Part shown: positions 1 to 12,729 of the stretch, piece after piece
How positions within the stretch are numbered: the first letter of the stretch is position 1
Layout: each line of letters starts with the position of its first letter
Source: the human T2T-CHM13v2.0 reference genome, Homo sapiens
NCBI RefSeq assembly: GCF_009914755.1
Contig: NC_060941.1
DNA: 64,000 nt
Direction: 5' to 3' (one strand)
Position numbers and translations under genes: made by a program
Notes under the pieces: model-generated
Database searches by the model: none
The model's input: the letters and a program-made list of their open reading frames with translations, nothing else
Told to the model about the DNA's origin: nothing

Positions 1-1695
1 CGTTCGAAACGTGTATATCTTCGTATAAAATCTAGACAGAAGCCTTCTCAGAAACTTCTCTGTGATGATTGCATTCAACTCACAGAGTTGAACCCTCCTA
101 TGGATAGAGCAGTGTTGAAACTCTCTTTTTGTGTAATCTGCAAGTGGATATGTGGACCTCGCCGTAGATGTCTTTGGAAACGGGAATATCTTCACATAAA
201 AACTAAACAGAAGCATTCTCAGAAACTTCTCTGTGATGTTTGTGTTCAACTCCCAGTGTTTCACATTGCTTTTCATAGAGTAGTTCTGAAACATGCTTTT
301 CGTAGTGTCTACAAGTGGACATTTGGAGCGCTTTCAGGCCTGTGGTGGAAAACGAATTATGGTCACATAAAAACTGGAGAGAAGCATTGTCAGAAACTTC
401 TTTGTGATGATTGCATTCAACTCACAGAGTTGAAGGTTCCTTTTCAAAGAGCAGTTTCCAATCACTCTTTCTGTGGAATCTGCAAGTGGATATTTGGACC
501 TATTTTGAAGATTTCGTTGGAAACGGGAGAATCTTCACAGAAAAGCTAAACAGAAGCATTCTCAGAAACTTCCTTGTGATGCTTGCATTCAACTCACAGA
601 GTTGAACTTTCCTTTCGAGAGAGAAGCTTTGAAACACTCTTTTTCCAGAATCTGCAAGTGGACATTTGGAGGGCTTTGAGGCCTGTGGTGGAAAAGGAAT
701 TATCTTCCCGTAAAAGCTAGATAGAAACATTCTCAGAAACTACTTTGTGATGATTGCATTCAAGTCACAGAGTTGAACATTCCCTTTGACAGAGCAGTTT
801 GGAAACTCTCTTTGTGTAGAATCTGCAAGTGGAGATATGGACCGCTTTGAGGCCTATGGTAGTAAAGGAAATAGCTTCATATAAAAGCTAGACAGTAGCA
901 TTCACAGAAAACTCTTGGTGACGACTGAGTTTAACTCACAGAGCTGAACATTCCTTTGGATGGAGCAGTTTCGAAACACACTATTTGTACAATGTGCAAG
1001 TGGATATTTGGGCCTCTCTGAGGATTTCGCTGGAAACAGGATAAACCGCACAGAACTAAACAGAAGCATTCTCAGAACCTTCTTCGTGATGTTTGCATTC
1101 AACTCACAGTGTTGAACCTTTCTTTGATAGTTCAGGTTGGAAACGGTCTTTCTGTAGAAACTGCAAGTAGATATTTGGACCTCTCTGAGGATTTCGTTGG
1201 AAACGGGATAAACCGCACAGAACTAAAACAGAAGCATTCTCAGAACCCTCTTCGTGATGTTTGCATTCAACTCACAGTGCTGAACCTTTCTTTGATAGTT
1301 CAGCTTTGAAACACTCTTCTTGTAGAAACTGTAAGTGGATATTTGCTCCTCTCTGAGGATTTCGTTGTAGACGTGATACACCGCACAGAACTAAACAGAA
1401 GCATTCTCAGAACCTTCTTCGTGATGTCTGCATTCAACTCACAGTGTGGAACCTTTCTTTGATAGTTCAGGTTTGAAACACTCTTTTTGTAGAAACTGCA
1501 AGGGGATAATTGCACTTCTTTGAGGCCTACCGTAGTAAAGGAAATAACTTCCTATAGAAAGAAGACAGAAGCTTTCTCAGAAAATTCTGTGGGATGATTG
1601 AGTGGAACTCACAGAGCTGAACATTCCTTGCGATGTAGCAGTTTAGAAACACACTTTCTGCAGAATCTGCAAGTGCATATTTGGACCTCTCTGAG
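1..1695 (+). repeat. Partial HOR 0 (end of a 16-mer-type unit; M slot = Mx, My)
   Basis: Monomers G-L, two M monomers (~1067, ~1235), then N and O before the first EcoRI site at 1696. Confidence 0.85.
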
Positions 1696-1697
1696 GA

Positions 1698-1714
1698 ATT
1701 CGTTGGAAACGGGA
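1698..1714 (+). promoter_or_regulatory. CENP-B box (representative; monomer O, overlapping the EcoRI site)
   Basis: attcgttggaaacggga matches the 17-bp CENP-B box with intact core TTCGnnnnAnnCGGG. Core-intact boxes normally occur in monomers O, A, E, F, I, L and each M (8 per 16-mer). Confidence 0.9.
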
Positions 1715-2547
1715 TAATTTCAGCTGACTAAACAGAAGCAGTCTCAGAATCTTCTTTGTGATGTTTGCATTCAAATCCCAGAGTTGAACTTTCCTTTCAA
1801 AGTTCACGTTTGAAACAGTCTTTTTGCAGGATCTACAAGTGGATATTTGGACCACTCTGTGTCCTTCGTTCGAAACGGGTATATCTTCACATGACATCTA
1901 GACAGAAGCATTCTCAGAAGCTTCTCTGTGATGACTGCATTCAACTCACGGATTTGAACACTCCTTTTGAGAGCGCAGTTTTGAAACTCTCTTTCTGTGG
2001 CATCTGCAAGGGGACATGTAGACCTCTTTGAAGATTTCGTTGGAAACGGAATCATCTTCACATAAAAACTATACAGATGCATTCTCAGGAACTTTTTGGT
2101 GATGTTTGTATTCAACTCCCAGAGTTGAACTTTCCTTTGGAAAGAGCAGCTATGAAACACTCTTTTTCTAGAATCTGCAAGTGGACGTTTGGAGGGCTTT
2201 GTGGTTTGTGGTGGAAAAGGAAATATCTTCACCTAAATCCTAGAGAGAAGCATTCTCAGAAACTGCTTTGTGATGATTGCATTCACCTCACAGAGTTGAA
2301 CATTCCTATTGATAGAGCAGTTTGGAAACACTCTTGTTGTGGAATGTGCAAGTGGAAATTTGGAGCGCTTTGTGGCCTATGGTAGTAAAGGGAATAGCTT
2401 CATAGAAAAACTAGACAGAAGCATTCTCAGAAAATACTTTGTGATGATTGAGTTGAACTCACAGAGGTGAACATTCCTTTGGATGGAGCAGGTTTGAGAC
2501 ACACTTTTTGTAGAATCTACAAGTGGATATTTGGACCTCTCTGAGGA

Positions 2548-2564
2548 TTTCGTTGGAAACGGGA
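2548..2564 (+). promoter_or_regulatory. CENP-B box (representative; monomer E)
   Basis: tttcgttggaaacggga, canonical match. Confidence 0.92.
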
Positions 2565-4412
2565 TAACTGCACCTAACTAAACGGAAGCATTCTCAGAAA
2601 CTTCTTGGTGATGTTTGCATTCAAATCCCAGAGTTGAACCTTCCTTTGATAGTTCAGGTTTGAAACACTCTTTTTGTAGGATCTGCAAGTGGATATTTGG
2701 ACCACTCTGTGGCCTTCGTTCAAAACGGGTACATCTTCGCATAATATCTAGACAGAAGCCTTCTCAGAAACTTCTCTGTGATGATTGCATTCATCTCAAA
2801 GAGTTGAACCCTCCTATGGATAGAGCAGTGTTGAAACTCTGTTTTTGTGGAATCTGCAAGTGGATATGTGGACCTCGCCAAAGATGTCTTTGGAAACGGG
2901 AATATCTTCACATAAAAACTAAACAGAAGCATTCTCAGAAACTTCTCTGTGATGTTTGTGTTCAAATCCCAGAGTTTCACGTTGCTTTTCATAGAGTAGT
3001 TCTGAAACATGCTTTTCGTAGTGTCTGCAAGTGGACATTTGGAGCGCTTTCAGGCCTGTGGTGGAAAACGAATTATGGTCACATAAAAACTGGAGAGAAG
3101 CATTGTCAGAAACTTCTTTGTGATGATTGCATTCAACTCACAGAGTTGAAGGTTCCTTTTCAAACAGCAGTTTCCAATCACTCTTTCTGTGGAATCTGCA
3201 AGTGGATATTTCGACCTCTTTGAAGATTTCTTTGGAAATGGGAGAACATTCACAGAAAAGCTAAACAGAAGCATTCTCAGAAACTTCTTTGTGATGCTTG
3301 CATTCAACTCACAGAGTTGAACTTTCCTTTCGAGAGAGAAGCTTTGAAACACTCTTTTTCCAGAATGTGCAATTGGACATTTGGAGGGCTTTGAGGCCTG
3401 TGGTGGAAAAGGAATTATCTTCCCGTAAAAGCTAGATAGAAGCATTCTCAGAAACTACTTTGTGATGATTGCATTCAAGTCACAGAGTTGAACATTCCCT
3501 TTGACAGAGCAGTTTGGAAACTCTCTTTGTGTAGAATCTGCAAGTGGAGATATGGACCGCTTTGAGGCCTATGGTAGTAAAGGAAATAACTTCATATAAA
3601 AGCTAGACAGTAGCATTCACAGAAAACTCTTGGTGACGACTGAGTTTAACTCACAGAGCTGAACATTCCTTTGGATGGAGCAGTTTCGAAACACACTATT
3701 TGTAGAATCTGCAAGTGGATATTTGGGCCTCTCTGAGGATTTCGTTGGAAACGGGATAAACCGCACAGAACTAAAACAGAAGCATTCTCAGAGCCCTCTT
3801 CGTGATGTTTGCCTTCAACTCACAGTGCTGAACCTTTCTTTGATAGTGCAGCTTTGAAACACTCTTTTTGTAGAAACTGCAAGTGGATATTTGGTCCTCT
3901 CTGAGGATTTCGTTGGAAACGGGATAAACCGCACAGAACTAAAACAGAAGCATTCTCAGAACCCTCTTCGTGATGTTTGCATTCAACTCACAGTGCTGAA
4001 CCTTTCTTTGATAGTGCAGCTTTGAAACACTCTTTTTGTAGAAACTGCAAGTGGATATTTTGTCCTCTCTGAGGATTTCGTTGGAAACGGGATAAAACGC
4101 ACAGAACTAAAACAGAAGCATTCTCAGATCCTTCTTCGTGATGTCTGCATTCAACTCACAGTGTGGAACCTTTCTTTGATAGTTCAGGTTTGAAACACTC
4201 TTTTTGTAGAAACTGCAAGGGGATAATTGCACTTCTTTGAAGCCTACCGTAGTAAAGGAAATAACTTCCTATAGAAAGAAGACAGAAGCTTTCTCAGAAA
4301 ATTCTTTGGGATGATTGAGTGGAACTCACAGAGCTGAACATTCCTTGCGATGTAGCAGTTTAGAAACACACTTTCTGCAGAATCTGCAAGTGCATATTTG
4401 GACCTCTCTGAG

Positions 4413-7296
4413 GAATTCGTTGGAAACGGGATAATTTCAGCTGACTAAACAGAAGCAGTCTCAGAATCTTCTTTGTGATGTTTGCATTCAAATCCCAGAG
4501 TTGAACTTTCCTTTCAAAGTTCACGTTTGAAACACTCTTTTTGCAGGATCTACAAGTGGATATTTGGAGCACTCTGTGTCCTTCGTTCGAAACGGGTATA
4601 TCTTCACATGACATCTAGACAGAAGCATTCTCAGAAGCTTCTCTGTGATGACTGCATTCAACTCACGGAGTTGAACACTCCTTTTGAGAGCGCAGTTTTG
4701 AAACTCTCTTTCTGTGGCATCTGCAAGGGGACATGTAGACCTCTTTGAAGATTTCGTTGGAAACGGAATCATCTTCACATCAAAACTATACAGATGCATT
4801 CTCAGGAACTTTTTGGTGATGTTTGTATTCAACTCCCAGAGTTGAACTTTCCTTTGGAAAGAGCAGCTATGAAACACTCTTTTTCTAGAATCTGCAAGTG
4901 GACGTTTGGAGGGCTTTGTGGTTTGTGGTGGAAAAGGAAATATCTTCACCTAAATCCTAGAGAGAAGCATTCTCAGAAACTGCTTTGTGATGATTGCATT
5001 CACCTCACAGAGTTGAACATTCCTATTGATAGAGCAGTTTGGAAACAATCTTGTTGTGGAATGTGCAAGTGGAGATTTGGAGCGCTTTGTGGCCTATGGT
5101 AGTAAAGGGAATAGCTTCATAAAAAAACTAGACAGAAGCATTCTCAGAAAATACTTTGTGATGATTGAGTTGAACTCGCAGAGGTGAACATTCCTTTGGA
5201 TGGAGCAGGTTTGAGACACACTTTTTGTAGAATCTACAAGTGGATATTTGGACCTCTCTGAGGATTTCGTTGGAAACGGGATAACTGCACCTAACTAAAC
5301 GGAAGCATTCTCAGAAACTTCTTGGTGATGTTTGCATTCAAATCCCAGAGTTGAACCTTCCTTTGATAGTTCAGGTTTGAAACACTCTTTTTGTAGGATG
5401 TGCAAGTGGATATTTGGACCACTCTGTGGCCTTCGTTCAAAACGGGTACATCTTCGCATAATATCTAGACAGAAGCTTTCTCAGAAACTTCTCTGTGATG
5501 ATTGCATTCATCTCACAGAGTTGAACCCTCCTATGGATAGAGCAGTGTTGAAACTCTGTTTTTGTGGAATCTGCAAGTGGATATGTGGACCTCGCCAAAG
5601 ATGTCTTTGGAAACGGGAATATCTTCACATAAAAACTAAACAGAAGCATTCTCAGAAACTTCTCTGTGATGTTTGTGTTCAACTCCCAGAGTTTCACGTT
5701 GCTTTTCATAGAGTAGTTCTGAAACATGCTTTTCGTAGTGTCTGCAAGTGGACATTTGGAGCGCTTTCAGGCCTGTGGTGGAAAACGAATTATGGTCACA
5801 TAAAAACTGGAGAGAAGCATTGTCAGAAACTTCTTTGTGATGATTGCATTCAACTCACAGAGTTGAAGGTTCCTTTTCAAACAGCAGTTTCCAATCACTC
5901 TTTCTGTGGAATCTGCAAGTGGATATTTCGACCTCTTTGAAGATTTCGTTGGAAACGGGAGAACCTTCACAGAAAAGCTAAACAGAAGCATTCTCAGAAA
6001 CTTCTTTGTGATGCTTGCATTCAACTCACAGAGTTAAACTTTCCTTTCGAGAGAGAAGCTTTGAAACACTCTTTTTCCTGAATGTGCAAGTGGACATTTG
6101 GAGGGCTTTGAGGCCTGTGGTGGAAAAGGAATTATCTTCCCGTAAAAGCTAGATAGAAGCATTCTCAGAAACTACTTTGTGATGATTGCATTCAAGTCAC
6201 AGAGTTGAACATTCCCTTTGACAGAGCAGTTTGGAAACTCTCTTTGTGTAGAATCTGCAAGTGGAGATATGGACCGCTTTGAGGCCTATGGTAGTAAAGG
6301 AAACAGCTTCATATAAAAGCTAGGCAGTAGCATTCACAGAAAACTCTTGGTGACGACTGAGTTTAACTCACAGAGCTTAACATTCCTTTGGATGGAGCAG
6401 TTTCGAAACACACTATTTGTAGAATCTGCAAGTGGATATTTGGGCCTCTCTGAGGATTTCGTTGGAAACGGGATAAAACGCACAGAACTAAAACAGAAGC
6501 ATTCTCAGAGCCCTCTTCGTGATGTTTGCATTCAACTCACAGTGCTGAACCTTTCTTTGATAGTGCAGCTTTGAAACACTCTTTTTGTAGAAACTGCAAG
6601 TGGATATTTGGTCCTCTCTGAGGATTTCGTTGGAAACGGGATAAACGGCACAGAACTAAAACAGAAGCATTCTCAGAACCCTCTTCGTGATGTTTGCATT
6701 CAACTCACAGTGCTGAACCTTTCTTTGATAGTGCAGCTTTGAAACACTCTTTTTGTAGAAACTGCAAGTGGATATTTTGTCCTCTCTGAGGATTTCGTTG
6801 GAAACGGGATAAACCGCACGGAACTAAAACAGAAGCATTCTCAGAACCCTCTTCGTGATGTTTACATTCAACTCACAGTGCTGAACCTTTCCTTGATAGT
6901 TCAGCTTTGAAACACTCTTCTTGTAGAAACTGCAAGTGGATATTTGGTCCTCTCTGAGGATTTCGTTGGAAACGGGATAAACCGCACAGAACTAAACAGA
7001 AGCATTCTCAGAACCTTCTTCGTAATGTCTCCATTCAACTCACAGTGTGGAACCTTTCTTTGATAGTTCAGGTTTGAAACACTCTTTTTGTAGAAACTGC
7101 AAGGGGATAATTGCACTTCTTTGAGGCCTACCGTAGTAAAGGAAATAACTTCCTATAGAAAGAAGACAGAAGCTTTCTCAGAAAATTCTTTGGGATGATT
7201 GAGTGGAACTCACAGAGCTGAACATTCCTTGCGATGTAGCAGTTTAGAAACACACTTTCTGCAGAATCTGCAAGTGCATATTTGGACCTCTCTGAG
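4413..7296 (+). repeat. HOR 2, 17-mer variant (2884 bp; Mz, Mz, My)
   Basis: EcoRI spacing 2884; three M monomers at ~6500, 6668, 6836. Confidence 0.9.
6457..6977 (+). promoter_or_regulatory. Run of four consecutive canonical CENP-B boxes at 168-bp spacing (17-mer HOR 2)
   Basis: tttcgttggaaacggga at 6457, 6625, 6793, 6961. Confidence 0.9.
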
Positions 7297-9845
7297 GAAT
7301 TCGTTGGAAACGGGATAATTTCAGCTGACTAAACAGAAGCAGTCTCAGAATCTTCTTTGTGATGTTTGCATTCAAATCCCAGAGTTGAACTTTCCTTTCA
7401 AAGTTCACGTTTGAAACACTCTTTTTGCAGGATCTACAAGTGGATATTTGGACCACTCTGTGTCCTTCGTTCGAAACGGGTATATCTTCACATGACATCT
7501 AGACAGAAGCATTCTCAGAAGCTTCTCTGTGATGACTGCATTCAACTCACGGAGTTGAACACTCCTTTTGAGAGCGCAGTTTTGAAACTCTCTTTCTGTG
7601 GCATCCGCAAGGGGACATGTAGACCTCTTTGAAGATTTCGTTGGAAACATAATCATCTTCACATAAAAACTATACAGATGCATTCTCAGGAACTTTTTGG
7701 TGATGTTTGTATTCAACTCCCAGAGTTGAACTTTCCTTTGGAAAGAGCAGCTATGAAACACTCTTTTTCTAGAATCTGCAAGTGGACGTTTGGAGGGCTT
7801 TGTGGTTTGTGGTGGAAAAGGAAATATCTTCACCTAAATACTAGAGAGAAGCATTCTCAGAAACTGCTTTGTGATGATTGCATTCACCTCACAGAGTTGA
7901 ACATTCCTATTGATAGAGCAGTTTGGACACACTCTTGTTGTGGAATGTGCAAGTGGAGATTTGGAGCGCTTTGAGGCCTATGGTAGTAAAGGGAACAGCT
8001 TCATAGAAAAACTAGACAGAAGCATTCTCAGAAAATACTTTGTGATGATTGAGTTGAACTCACAGAGCTGAACATTCCTTTGGATGGAGCAGGTTTGAGA
8101 CACACTTTTTGTAGAATCTACAAGTGGATATTTGGACCTCTCTGAGGATTTCGTTGGAAACGGGATAACTGCACCTAACTAAACGGAAGCATTCTCAGAA
8201 ACTTCTTGGTGATGTTTGCATTGAAATCCCAGAGTTGAACCTTCCTTTGACAGTTCAGGTTTGAAACACTCTTTTTGTAGGATCTGCAAGTGGATATTTG
8301 GACCACTCTGTGGCCTTCGTTCGAAACGGGTACATCTTCGCATAAAATCTAGACAGAAGCCTTCTCAGAAACTTCTCTGTGATGATTGCATTCAACTCAC
8401 AGAGTTGAACCCTCCTATGGATAGAGCAGTGTTGAAACTCTCTTTTTGTGGAATCTGCAAGTGGATATGTGGACCTCTCCGAAGATGTCTTTGGAAACGG
8501 GAATATCTTCACATAATAACTAAACAGAAGCATTCTCAGAAACTTCTCTGTGATGTTTGTGTTCAACTCCCAGAGTTTCACATTGCTTTTCATAGAGTAG
8601 TTCTGAAACATGGTTTTCGTAGTGTCTACAAGTGGACATTTGGAGCGCTTCCAGTCCTGTGGTGGAAAACGAATTATGGTCACATAAAAACTGGAGAGAA
8701 GCATTGTCAGAAACTTCTTTGTGATGATTGCATTCAACTCACAGAGTTGAAGGTTCCTTTTCAAAGAGCAGTTTCCAATCACTCTTTCTGTGGAATCTGC
8801 AAGTGGATATTTCGACCTATTTTGAAGATTTCGTTGGAAACGGGATAATCTTCACAGAAAAGCTAAACAGAAGCATTCTCAGAAACTTCTTTGTGATGCT
8901 TGCATTCAACTCACAGAGTTGAACTTTCCTTTCGAGAGAGAAGCTTTGAAACACTCTTTTTCCAGAATCTGCAAGTGGACATTTGGAGGGCTTTGAGGCC
9001 TGTGGTGGAAAAGGAATTATCTTCCCGTAAAAGCTAGATAGAAGCATTCTCAGAAACTACTTTGTGATGATTGCATTCAAGTCACAGAGTTGAACATTCC
9101 CTTTGACAGAGCAGTTTGGAAACTCTCTTTGTGTAGAATCTGCAAGTGGAGATATGGACCGCTTTGAGGCCTATGGTAGTAAAGGAAATAGCTTCATATA
9201 AAAGCTAGACAGTAGCATTCACAGAAAACTCTTGGTGACGACTGAGTTTAACTCACAGAGCTGAACATTCCTTTGGATGGAGCAGTTTCGAAACACACTA
9301 TTTGTAGAATGTGCAAGTGGATACTTGGGCCTCTCTGAGGATTTCGTTGGAAACGGGATAAACCGCACAGAACTAAAACAGAAGCATTCTCAGAACCCTC
9401 TTCGTGATGTTTGCATTCAACTCACAGTGCTGAACCTTTCTTTGATAGTTCAGCTTTGAAACACTCTTCTTGTAGAAACTGCAAGTGGATATTTGGTCCT
9501 CTCTGAGGATTTCGTTGGAAACGGGATAAACCGCACAGAACTAAACAGAAGCATTCTCAGAACCTTCTTCGTGATGTCTGCATTCAACTCACAGTGTGGA
9601 ACCTTTCTTTGATAGTTCAGGTTTGAAACACTCTTTTTGTAGAAACTGCAAGGGGATAATTGCACTTCTTTGAGGCCTACCGTAGTAAAGGAAATAACTT
9701 CCTATAGAAAGAAGACAGAAGCTTTCTCAGAAAATTCTTTGGGATGATTGAGTGGAACTCACAGAGCTGAACATTCCTTGCGATGTAGCAGTTTAGAAAC
9801 ACACTTTCTGCAGAATCTGCAAGTGCATATTTGGACCTCTGTGAG
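7297..9845 (+). repeat. HOR 3, 15-mer variant (2549 bp; My only)
   Basis: EcoRI spacing 2549; single M monomer at ~9385. Confidence 0.9.
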
Positions 9846-12729
9846 GAATTCGTTGGAAACGGGATAATTTCAGCTGACTAAACAGAAGCAGTCTCAGAAT
9901 CTTCTTTGTGATGTTTGCATTCAAATCCCAGAGTTGAACTTTCCTTTCAAAGTTCACGTTTGAAACACTCTTTTTGCAGGATCTAAAAGTGGATATTTGT
10001 ACCACTCTGTGTCCTTCGTTCGAAACGGGTATATCTTCACATGACATCTAGACAGAAGCATTCTCAGAAGCTTCTCTGTGATGACTGCATTCAACTCACG
10101 GAGTTGAACACTCCTTTTGAGAGCGCAGTTTTGAAACTCTCTTTCTGTGGCATCTGCAAGGGGACATGTAGACCTCTTTGAAGATTTCGTTGGAAACGGA
10201 ATCATCTTCACATAAAAACTATACAGATGCATTCTCAGGAACTTTTTGGTGATGTTTGTATTCAACTCCCAGAGTTGAACTTTCCTTTGGAAAGAGCAGC
10301 TATGAAACACTCTTTTTCTAGAATCTGCAAGTGGACGTTTGGAGGGCTTTGTGGTTTGTGGTGGAAAAGGAAATATCTTCACCTAAATCCTAGAGAGAAG
10401 CATTCTCAGAAACTGCTTTGTGATGATTGCATTCACCTCACAGAGTTGAACATTCCTATTGATAGAGCAGTTTGGAAACACTCTTCTTGTGGAATGTGCA
10501 AGTGGAGATTTGGAGCGCTTTGAGGCCTATGGTAGTAAAGGGAATAGCTTCATAGAAAAACTAGACAGAAGCATTCTCAGAAAATACTTTGTGATGATTG
10601 AGTTGAACTCACAGAGGTGAACATTCCTTTGGATGGAGCAGGTTTGAGACACACTTTTTGTAGAATCTACAAGTGGATATTTGGACCTCTCTGAGGATTT
10701 CGTTGGAAACGGGATAACTGCACCTAACTAAACGGAAGCATTCTCAGAAACTTCTTGGTGATGTTTGCATTCAAATCCCAGAGTTGAACCTTCCTTTGAT
10801 AGTTCAGGTTTGAAACAATCTTTTTGTAGGATCTGCAAGTGGATATTTGGACCACTCTGTGGCCTTCGTTCAAAACGGGTACATCTTCGCATAATATCTA
10901 GACAGAAGCCTTCTCAGAAACTTCTCTGTGATGATTGCATTCATCTCAAAGAGTTGAACCCTCCTATGGATAGAGCAGTGTTGAAACTCTGTTTTTGTGG
11001 AATCTGCAAGTGGATATGTGGACCTCGCCAAAGATGTCTTTGGAAACGGGAATATCTTCACATAAAAACTAAACAGAAGCATTCTCAGAAACTTCTCTGT
11101 GATGTTTGTGTTCAACTCCCATAGTTTCACGTTGCTTTTCATAGAGTAGTTCTGAAACATGCTTTTCGTAGTGTCTGCAAGTGGACATTTGGAGCGCTTT
11201 CAGGCCTGTGGTGGAAAACGAATTATGGTCACATAAAAACTGGAGAGAAGCATTGTCAGAAACTTCTTTGTGATGATTGCATTCAACTCACAGAGTTGAA
11301 GGTTCCTTTTCAAAGAGCAGTTTCCAATCACTCTTTCTGTGGAATCTGCAAGTGGATATTTCGACCTCTTTGAAGATTTCGTTGGAAACGGGAGAACATT
11401 CACAGAAAAGCTAAACAGAAGCATTCTCAGAAACTTCTTTGTGATGCTTGCATTCAACTCACAGAGTTGAACTTTCCTTTCGAGAGAGAAGCTTTGAAAC
11501 ACTCTTTTTCCAGAATCTGCAAGTGGACATTTGGAGGGCTTTGAGGCCTGTGGTGGAAAAGGAATTATCTTCCCGTAAAAGCTAGATAGAAGCATTCTCA
11601 GAAACTACTTTGTGATGATTGCATTCAAGTCACAGAGTTGAACATTCCCTTTGACAGAGCAGTTTGGAAACTCTCTTTGTGTAGAATCTGCAAGTGGAGA
11701 TATGGACCGCTTTGAGGCCTATGGTAGTAAAGGAAATAGCTTCATATAAAAGCTAGACAGTAGCATTCACAGAAAACTCTTGGTGACGACTGAGTTTAAC
11801 TCACAGAGCTGAACATTCCTTTGGATGGAGCAGTTTCGAAACACACTATTTGTAGAATCTGCAAGTGGATATTTGGGCCTCTCTGAGGATTTCGTTGGAA
11901 ACGGGATAAACCGCACAGAACTAAAACAGAAGCATTCTCAGAGCCCTCTTCGTGATGTTTGCATTCAACTCACAGTGCTGAACCTTTCTTTGATAGTGCA
12001 GCTTTGAAACACTCTTTTTGTAGAAACTGCAAGTGGATATTTGGTCCTCTCTGAGGATTTCGTTGGAAACGGGATAAACCGCACAGAACTAAAACAGAAG
12101 CATTCTCAGAACCCTCTTCGTGATGTTTGCATTCAACTCACAGTGCTGAACCTTTCTTTGATAGTGCAGCTTTGAAACACTCTTTTTGTAGAAACTGCAA
12201 GTGGATATTTGGTCCTCTCTGAGGATTTCGTTGGAAAAGGGATAAACCGCACGGAACTAAAACGGAAGCATTCTCAGAACCCTCTTCGTGATGTTTGCAT
12301 TCAACTCACAGTGCTGAACCTTTCTTTGATAGTTCAGCTTTGAAACACTCTTCTTGTAGAAACTGCAAGTGGATATTTGGTCCTCTCTGAGGATTTCGTT
12401 GGAAACGGGATAAACCGCACAGAACTAAACAGAAGCATTCTCAGAACCTTCTTCGTGATGTCTGCATTCAACTCACAGTGTGGAACCTTTCTTTGATAGT
12501 TCAGGTTTGAAACACTCTTTTTGTAGAAACTGCAAGGGGATAATTGCACTTCTTTGAGGCCTACCGTAGTAAAGGAAATAACTTCCTATAGAAAGAAGAC
12601 AGAAGCTTTCTCAGAAAATTCTTTGGGATGATTGAGTGGAACTCACAGAGCTGAACATTCCTTGCGATGTAGCAGTTTAGAAACACACTTTCTGCAGAAT
12701 CTGCAAGTGCATATTTGGACCTCTCTGAG
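9846..12729 (+). repeat. HOR 4, 17-mer variant (2884 bp; Mz, Mz, My)
   Basis: EcoRI spacing 2884; M monomers at ~11933, 12101, 12269. Confidence 0.9.

Larger units (their letters stand above)
1696..4412 (+). repeat. HOR 1, 16-mer (2717 bp; M slot = Mz, Mz)
   Basis: EcoRI 1696 to 4413. Monomer starts ~1739, 1909, 2080, 2251, 2422, 2589, 2759, 2930, 3101, 3272, 3443, 3614, 3783, 3951, 4119, 4289. Confidence 0.9.

Noticed and set aside
968-977. Short perfect palindromes (gtttcgaaac in monomer L; agaagcttct in monomer B) repeated once per HOR
   Set aside because: 10-bp dyads are expected by chance and simply propagate with the HOR. The L palindrome is lost in HORs 20-22 with no compensatory change, so there is no evidence of a selected hairpin or cruciform.
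6457-7003. Regularly spaced conserved motif (gaggatttcgttggaaacgggataaa) resembling a CRISPR repeat-spacer array
   Set aside because: The intervening sequences are themselves homologous ~140-bp monomer bodies, not unique spacers. The motif is the CENP-B box and there are no cas genes.
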